Notes under the pieces: model-generated
What the model was told of the DNA's origin: nothing
The model's input: the letters and a program-made list of their open reading frames with translations, nothing else
The model's database searches: none
Assembly: GCA_965215605.1 (NCBI GenBank)
Contig: OZ244070.1
Span: 32,001 to 96,000, forward strand
Direction: 5' to 3'
DNA length: 64,000 nt
Origin: an uncultured Candidatus Binatia bacterium
Lineage (GTDB): Bacteria; Desulfobacterota; Binatia; UBA9968; JAJDTQ01
Position numbers and translations under genes: made by a program
Part shown: positions 58,493 through 64,000 of the stretch, piece by piece
Position numbering within the stretch: the stretch's first letter is position 1
Layout: every line of letters starts with the position of its first letter

Positions 58493-58915
58493 CTACTCGC
58501 GCGGCAACTCGTAGCTGATCATCCAAGTGACGCCGAACCGGTCGATCCAACTGCCGAAGTAGGCGCCCCAGAAGGTCTCCTGCATGGGCATGGTGACCGT
58601 GCCTCCCTCCGACAGTCTCGCGAAAACCTCGTCGCAGTACTCCCTGCTCTCGCCGTCGATGGATATCGCGAAGTTCGTCCCCTGAACCGGAGGCGGACCG
58701 AAAGCGGAGGCGCTGTCGCTTCCCATCAGCACGCCCGATCCAACGGCGAGGGCGACGTGCATGATGCGCTCCTTCTCCTCCTCCGTCACGTTCAGATCCG
58801 GCGGCCCGTCGCCGAAGGTCTGTAGCATCTCGTACTCGCCGCCGAACACCGAGCGGTAAAACTCGAAGGCCTCCCGGCAATTGCCGTCAAAGAAGAGATA
58901 GGTATTGAGCGACAT
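58493..58915 (-). CDS. PhnB-like VOC family protein
   Basis: YLFFDGNCREAFEFY, IMH, ETFWGAYFG..DRFGVTW. Confidence 0.88.
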   Translation of the reverse strand: MSLNTYLFFDGNCREAFEFYRSVFGGEYEMLQTFGDGPPDLNVTEEEKERIMHVALAVGSGVLMGSDSASAFGPPPVQGTNFAISIDGESREYCDEVFARLSEGGTVTMPMQETFWGAYFGSWIDRFGVTWMISYELPRE

Positions 58916-58991
58916 TTCAAGTTCTCCTTGAGATTCAGGCCTTCCGCGCTCGCGGCGGATGTGAGGTTCGCGATTCTGACGTTACACGACA

Positions 58992-60134
58992 TTAGAACCC
59001 GTATAACCGCGCCGGGTTGCTCTCCAGAATTGCCCTTTTGCCCGATTCGCTCACGTCGTCCCGCTCGCGCAGCGTCCTGGCGGCGTAGCGCTCCCGGTCG
59101 GAGTGGGGCATGTCGGAGCCGAAAACGATCTGGCCCTCCCCCACCAGGTCCATGACCTGGGGCAGCATGTCGTCCTCCACTTCCGCGCTCCAGTACAGGT
59201 TGCCGCGCTTCAGGTACTCATTGGGCTCGGCGGCGGCGTTGACGTGGATCTGCGGGTAGAGGTTCGCCAGCCGGTGGGCATGCGGGTACCGGTGTTTGAG
59301 ACGGTCGAGGACGAACGGGATCCAAAGGCAGCCCGCCTCGAGGAAGACCACCCGCAGGTTCGGGAATCGGTCCAGGAGGCCGCCGGTCATGAAGGCGACG
59401 AACCCCATCAGCAACGGCATGGTGAACGCCGTGATCCAGGAGGGGTACAGTTCGCTGTAGAGGTTGTTGAGCGACGGGCACGACCATCCCACGTGCACGC
59501 CCAGGGTCAGGTCCGTCTCCGCCATGGCCTCGTAGAAGGGCAGGAACATGGGGTTGTCCAGCATGCGGTCACCGGCGGTCCCCAGCACCATGATGGCCGA
59601 GGCGCCGAGGCTCTTGGCCTCGTACACGCCATGCACCGCCCCGGACACGTCTTCCAGATTGACGACCCCGGCCCACTTCAGGCGCTCGCAACCAGACAGC
59701 GTGTCGCCCATCCAGCGGTTATAGGAAGAACACAGCGCTGTCATGAGCGCGGGATCCGTGGTCAACGGATAGGCCAGGAAGAGCGTCGGAAAGATCACCT
59801 GGACATCGATGTCCTCCGCGTCCAGCGCCTCGAGACGAGCATTGAGATCCGTCAGCTCCTGGCTGTCCAGGCTATCCAGGTTCTTCCCCTCGATCAGCGC
59901 CCCATGACGCGTGGACTTGCCATCGACCCGGGCCGGGGTGCTGAAGTTGTTGCAGCCCAGCCCCGACCGCCGCGGAACCACCTGCTCGCCGATCATCCAG
60001 TAGTACATCCCTCCCGAACCGACGATTGCCGGCCGCCGGTCCCGGAACGCCGGGTCCATGTACTTGTCGTCAAAGGTCGCGGGGCACTCGTTCACGTGTC
60101 CGTCTGCATCAATGACTCGCATAGCCGTACCCAT
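58992..60134 (-). CDS. Amidohydrolase_2 family protein
   Basis: IDADGH, GVH, FLEAG, FGSDMPH. Confidence 0.85.
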   Translation of the reverse strand: MGTAMRVIDADGHVNECPATFDDKYMDPAFRDRRPAIVGSGGMYYWMIGEQVVPRRSGLGCNNFSTPARVDGKSTRHGALIEGKNLDSLDSQELTDLNARLEALDAEDIDVQVIFPTLFLAYPLTTDPALMTALCSSYNRWMGDTLSGCERLKWAGVVNLEDVSGAVHGVYEAKSLGASAIMVLGTAGDRMLDNPMFLPFYEAMAETDLTLGVHVGWSCPSLNNLYSELYPSWITAFTMPLLMGFVAFMTGGLLDRFPNLRVVFLEAGCLWIPFVLDRLKHRYPHAHRLANLYPQIHVNAAAEPNEYLKRGNLYWSAEVEDDMLPQVMDLVGEGQIVFGSDMPHSDRERYAARTLRERDDVSESGKRAILESNPARLYGF

Positions 60135-60205
60135 TGCCGATTCCCGCCTTCAAGTCAAGACGACGCGGAAGATACCACCATGTACGCCCGAGGAGGCATC
60201 CGATC

Positions 60206-60322
60206 CCGGAAGAACACCACCCGTTCGACCGGGGCTTGGTATCGCAAGCCATCCTGAACGGCATGACCATCGTGACTCCCGACGAAGCCATCGGCCGTTA
60301 TCCGGCGCCGGTTCTCTGGTAG
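60206..60322 (+). pseudogene. C-terminal remnant of a PIN-domain (VapC) toxin
   Basis: HHPFDRGLVSQAILNGMTIVTPDEAIGRYPAPVLW* matches the H.DPFDR.L.AQA....(L/I)VT.D..I..Y....W tail; N-terminus and antitoxin absent. Confidence 0.65.
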
Positions 60323-60402
60323 CGCGCACTCCCCTCCCCGCTCTTTCCGGTCTCACGGGATCGTGTTACGCTCCCGCCCATCATCACCAGCCGGGAGGAC
60401 CC

Positions 60403-61137
60403 ATGCAGCTCATCGAGCGCTTGTTCAACACAAAGGACCACGGCATCGCCGGGTTCCTGGCGCATCCGCAACGGACGGAGCCGGGGCCGGCCCTTCTGCT
60501 GATCCACCCGAAGGGTGGATTGACGGACTACATCAAGATCGAGGCGCGGAAGTTCGCCGCGCTGGGCTACAGCACCTTTGCGCCGAACGTCTTCGAGCAA
60601 CTGGGATATCCGGAGCCCACTCACATCGTCAGCGGCGCCGAGATCCAGGCGAAGACGTCAGACGACCAGTTCGACGCAGCGCTCACCGAGAGCTGGCGCT
60701 TCCTGCTGTCCCAGCCCCACGTGGACAACAAGCGGGTGGCGGTGTCCGGCTACTGCATGGGCGGGCGCATCGCCATCAACTTCGTCGCGGCGACCCCGGA
60801 GGTACGGGCGTTCGTCGGCTACTATCCCACGGTGCGGGACGAGCCTCCCACGGACATGCGGCCGATTCCGCCGTGGGAGAAGGCCAGGACCATCCGTTGT
60901 CCTTCCATCAACATCTACGGGGCGGACGACGTGGTCACCAACATCGCGGTCCAGGACAGGATGATGTACGCGTTCCGGGAGAACGGCCAGCCGTTGGAAT
61001 GGCACTTCTTGCCGTTCGGCGGGCACGGGTTCGTGGATCCGGGCGCGGTGGGCTACCACGCCCACGCCGCCGAGCTGGCCTGGCCCATGGTCGCGGACTT
61101 CATGGAGCGGGAGTTGCAGTGGGCCCCCGAGCCCTGA
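60403..61137 (+). CDS. Dienelactone hydrolase family protein
   Basis: GYCMGG nucleophile, GADD, GHGF. Confidence 0.88.
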   Translation: MQLIERLFNTKDHGIAGFLAHPQRTEPGPALLLIHPKGGLTDYIKIEARKFAALGYSTFAPNVFEQLGYPEPTHIVSGAEIQAKTSDDQFDAALTESWRFLLSQPHVDNKRVAVSGYCMGGRIAINFVAATPEVRAFVGYYPTVRDEPPTDMRPIPPWEKARTIRCPSINIYGADDVVTNIAVQDRMMYAFRENGQPLEWHFLPFGGHGFVDPGAVGYHAHAAELAWPMVADFMERELQWAPEP

Positions 61138-61143
61138 AACGTC

Positions 61144-61638
61144 ATGGCCCGGTTCGTATCGGACAGCCTTCCCGACGACGCACTGGCGCTGCTGCGGCCC
61201 GGCAACCTCGCCGCGAAGCAGGGGCGCGTGGTCCAGATCATCACCGTGGACGATGAGGGCTGGGCCAACGCCGGCATGCTGGGCTACGCCGACGTCATCG
61301 CCAGGGACGGCGGCAACCTCAATCTCGCGACCTGGGGCGACGGGGAATGCGCCACGGATCTCAGACGGAACGGCCGCGTCACGCTGCTGGTCATCGACGA
61401 TGACATGGCCTACTACGTCAAGGGCCTCGCCCGGGAAGTTCAGGTTTCAGGGGACGTTCTCACCGACGTGAACGACGGCGGCGGGCATTCCGCCCTGGCC
61501 TACTTCCACATCGCCGTTCAGGCGGTATTCGAGGACCGCATCCCCACCGCCCGGGTGCTGGGCGGGGTCACCTTCGAAGGCTCGGAATCCGAGCAGGAGG
61601 CGCACGACGCCATCCTGAAGAAGCTCGCGTCCATATAG
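61144..61638 (+). CDS. Pyridoxamine-5'-phosphate-oxidase-like FMN/F420-binding split-barrel protein
   Basis: ITVDDEGWA, DLRRNGRVTL, YYVKG. Confidence 0.65.
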   Translation: MARFVSDSLPDDALALLRPGNLAAKQGRVVQIITVDDEGWANAGMLGYADVIARDGGNLNLATWGDGECATDLRRNGRVTLLVIDDDMAYYVKGLAREVQVSGDVLTDVNDGGGHSALAYFHIAVQAVFEDRIPTARVLGGVTFEGSESEQEAHDAILKKLASI

Positions 61639-61655
61639 AAACCCGTCCCATTCGC

Positions 61656-62600
61656 ATGTCCCAGCGAGTATCCTTCGGTGTAACCCCCATCCAGACCGGG
61701 GTCGACTTCGACCATATCCGTGACGTGGCGCTCCGGGCGGAGGAGTTGGGCTTCGACTCGGTGTGGCTCAACGATCACTTCTTCACCTCCAGGCTGTTCC
61801 ACCCGCTGCCGCCGCCCACCGCCCCCTTCTACGAGTCCTGGGTCACCCTCTCGGCGCTGGCGGCGTTGACCCAGAGAGTCCGCATCGGCACTCTCTGTTC
61901 CAACGTGTCCTTCCGCAATCCCGCGCTGCTGGCCAAGATGGGCGCGTGCCTGGACGTCATCAGCGGCGGAAGGCTGGAGCTGGGCCTGGGCGCCGGCTGG
62001 TTCGAGGAGGAGCACGCCGCATACGGCTTCGCCTTCCCGGACATGGCGCAGCGGGCGCGGCAGTTGACGGAGGCCGTGACCATCATCAAACGCATGTGGG
62101 CGGAGGAGACGGTGACCTTCGAGGGCAGGCACTTCCGTACGGACAACGCCTACTGCAGCCCCAAGCCGGTCCAGTCGCCCCGTCCGCCCATCACCATCGG
62201 CGCCCGGGGATCGCGGACGATGCTGCGGGTGGCGGCGCGGTGCGCCGACCGGTGGAACATCCAGACGCCCATCAGCCCGGCGCAGTACCGGAGGAAGCTC
62301 GGTTTCCTCGAAAGACACTGTGAGGAAGCCGGCCGCGATCCCGAAGGGATAGGGCGCTCGCTGTGGGCCGGCACCGTCATCGGGCGGGACCAGCAGGAGT
62401 TCGAACGCGCTGCCGAGGCCCTGGAGCTTCCGCATACCGCGTATCTCGAGGCTCGCATCTCGGGAACCCCCGAACAGTGCATCGAACACATCCAGGCATT
62501 CGTGGAGCTTGGCGTGACCGAGTTCATCCACTACTTTACTTATGAAGAGCGCTTGAGCGTAGAGCTGTTCGCGACGGAAGTGATACCGGCGTTCCGGTAA
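61656..62600 (+). CDS. LLM-class (possibly F420-dependent) oxidoreductase
   Basis: GFDSVWLNDHF, RNPALLAKM, GRLELGLGAGW, PKPVQ. Confidence 0.88.
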   Translation: MSQRVSFGVTPIQTGVDFDHIRDVALRAEELGFDSVWLNDHFFTSRLFHPLPPPTAPFYESWVTLSALAALTQRVRIGTLCSNVSFRNPALLAKMGACLDVISGGRLELGLGAGWFEEEHAAYGFAFPDMAQRARQLTEAVTIIKRMWAEETVTFEGRHFRTDNAYCSPKPVQSPRPPITIGARGSRTMLRVAARCADRWNIQTPISPAQYRRKLGFLERHCEEAGRDPEGIGRSLWAGTVIGRDQQEFERAAEALELPHTAYLEARISGTPEQCIEHIQAFVELGVTEFIHYFTYEERLSVELFATEVIPAFR

Positions 62601-62669
62601 AATCCTGGTGTGGGACCCCACAAGAACGTTTCCGGGGACGCCGCACCACCTGCTCAAGGAGAATACGAA

Positions 62670-64000
62670 ATGGCACAAAACGCTGAGTCAGCCGGCCTCC
62701 CGGCCCAAACGGACCTTTCGGCGGATGTGGTCATCGTCGGATCGGGGGCCACGGGGCTCCCCGCGGCCATCGTGGCGGCGGATGTCGGGGCGTCCGTGCT
62801 GGTGGTGGAAACCAACTACGACGTGGGCGGGCACGCCATCCTGAGCGGCGGCAACGTGCCGCTGGGGGGCGGCACCAGCGCCCAACGGAAATACGGCATC
62901 GAGGACTCGCCGGACACGGTCTTCGCCGACCTGACGGACTGGTCGGTGGTGCAGGTCAACGGCTTCCCCGACTATCGCTACAGCGACCGTGCGGTGATCC
63001 GGGCGTTCGCCGACCATTGTGCGGAAACCTATGAATTCCTGGTGGCCAACGGCGTGAAATTCAAGGAGGTTCCGCCCGACAGCCAGGGCGCCCACTCCAC
63101 CGGCAACTCGGCGCATCGGGAGAACCATACCTTCTGGGAGCACGGCGCCGGCCTGGCCAGTCCCAACGGCCGGCCCGGCACCGGACTGGTGCGGCCGCTG
63201 GAACTCCGCGCCCGGGAAAAGGGCGTGAAGTTCCTGCTGAACTACAAGATGTCCGGGATCGTCCGAGAGGGCGCGCCGGGCCAGCCTTCCGGGCGGGTCC
63301 TCGGCATCACTGCCGAATACACCCCCACGGTGATGCCCGGCGCCGCGACCCCGCTGCGAAGCTACCGCTCCGAGGGCAACATCGACCGCAGCGAACCGAG
63401 CCTGACCATCCGCGCCCACAAGGCCGTCATCGTCGCCACCGGCGGCAGCACCAGCAATATCCACTTCCGGCGCATGTTCGACCCGCGGCTGACCGAGGTC
63501 TACCAGGTCGCCGGCGAGCCCTATTCCTACCAGGACGCCAGCGGCGAGCTCGCCGCCATGGCCGTGGGCGCTTCGCTCTGGGGCCTGGCGAACCAGGTCC
63601 TGGAGAACGGCGACAACATCCGGGTGCAGCGCGCCCTGGGCACGCGCTGGAACTACTTCCCGTGGAAACTGGAGAGCCCCATCTTCCCGCTCGTGCGCGC
63701 CGCGGGCCTGGCCGTCAAGGACTGGCACGACCTGATCCTGGTGAACCAGGTGGGCGAACGCTTCTACGACGAGACCCAGGGAGACTACCCCGAAGGCAAC
63801 AAGCACAAGGACATCGACCCGTACACGCCCGGCGATCACCGCAACACCCACGTCGAATACGATCCCCACCACTCCAACTTCTTCAACGCCGCGGTGGCCA
63901 TGAACGCGGGCTCCAAGGCGCCCGACTACTCGGGCGGGCCGGTATGGGCCATCTTCGACTCCGACGCCGTGGAACGTGAAGGCTGGAAGGTCACCCCGCC
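62670..64000 (+). CDS. FAD-dependent oxidoreductase (FAD_binding_2; flavocytochrome c/ketosteroid dehydrogenase-like), runs off the window end
   Basis: Not in ORF track. AAGGAG RBS; MAQNAES...ADVVIVGSGATGLPAA...GGHAILSGG, KAVIVATGG, LVNQVGERFYDE. Confidence 0.82.
   Translation, partial: MAQNAESAGLPAQTDLSADVVIVGSGATGLPAAIVAADVGASVLVVETNYDVGGHAILSGGNVPLGGGTSAQRKYGIEDSPDTVFADLTDWSVVQVNGFPDYRYSDRAVIRAFADHCAETYEFLVANGVKFKEVPPDSQGAHSTGNSAHRENHTFWEHGAGLASPNGRPGTGLVRPLELRAREKGVKFLLNYKMSGIVREGAPGQPSGRVLGITAEYTPTVMPGAATPLRSYRSEGNIDRSEPSLTIRAHKAVIVATGGSTSNIHFRRMFDPRLTEVYQVAGEPYSYQDASGELAAMAVGASLWGLANQVLENGDNIRVQRALGTRWNYFPWKLESPIFPLVRAAGLAVKDWHDLILVNQVGERFYDETQGDYPEGNKHKDIDPYTPGDHRNTHVEYDPHHSNFFNAAVAMNAGSKAPDYSGGPVWAIFDSDAVEREGWKVTP

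Noticed and set aside
155-63979. Many long overlapping or antisense ORFs in the track (e.g. 8047..10764, 17334..19778, 23744..25957, 47103..49064)
   Set aside because: Shadow frames of high-GC genes: Arg/Gly/Pro-rich or antisense translations with no motifs, overlapping well-supported CDSs.

Overview
High-GC bacterial chromosomal window, mostly catabolic and redox enzymes. The paralog-rich content (4 ornithine-cyclodeaminase-like genes, 3 amidohydrolase_2, 2 PrpD-family, 2 LLM, 2 ABC-type/decarboxylase-like binding proteins) resembles Binatota/Tectomicrobia/deltaproteobacterial-type genomes; this taxonomy is only an impression. Recognisable genes: tRNA-Lys(TTT), asnS, tadA, galE, msrPQ, prpB-prpD, a xanthine-dehydrogenase-family Mo-enzyme (S-L-M order) with MocA, a RavA/ViaA-like AAA+VWA pair, and a lower-GC islet carrying a type I R-M system (hsdR-M-S) and hicAB. 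Most notable observations: (1) a BCP/PrxQ peroxiredoxin missed by the ORF track, whose catalytic Cys codon is an in-frame TGA followed by a SECIS-like hairpin (selenoprotein); (2) a stand-alone ATP-dependent RNA-ligase-like gene with no end-healing partner in view; (3) an AAA_14/DUF4143 ATPase-nuclease behind the tRNA, whose apparently leaderless promoter lies under a 15-bp palindrome; (4) a split, order-reversed spermidine-synthase-like pair whose catalytic half has a signal peptide; (5) several enzyme homologues lacking canonical catalytic residues (QF-type OCDs, a Cys-free Asp/Glu-racemase-fold protein, an Asp-less HAD). No CRISPR array, integrase or transposase was seen. All calls come from motif reading by eye; no searches were run.
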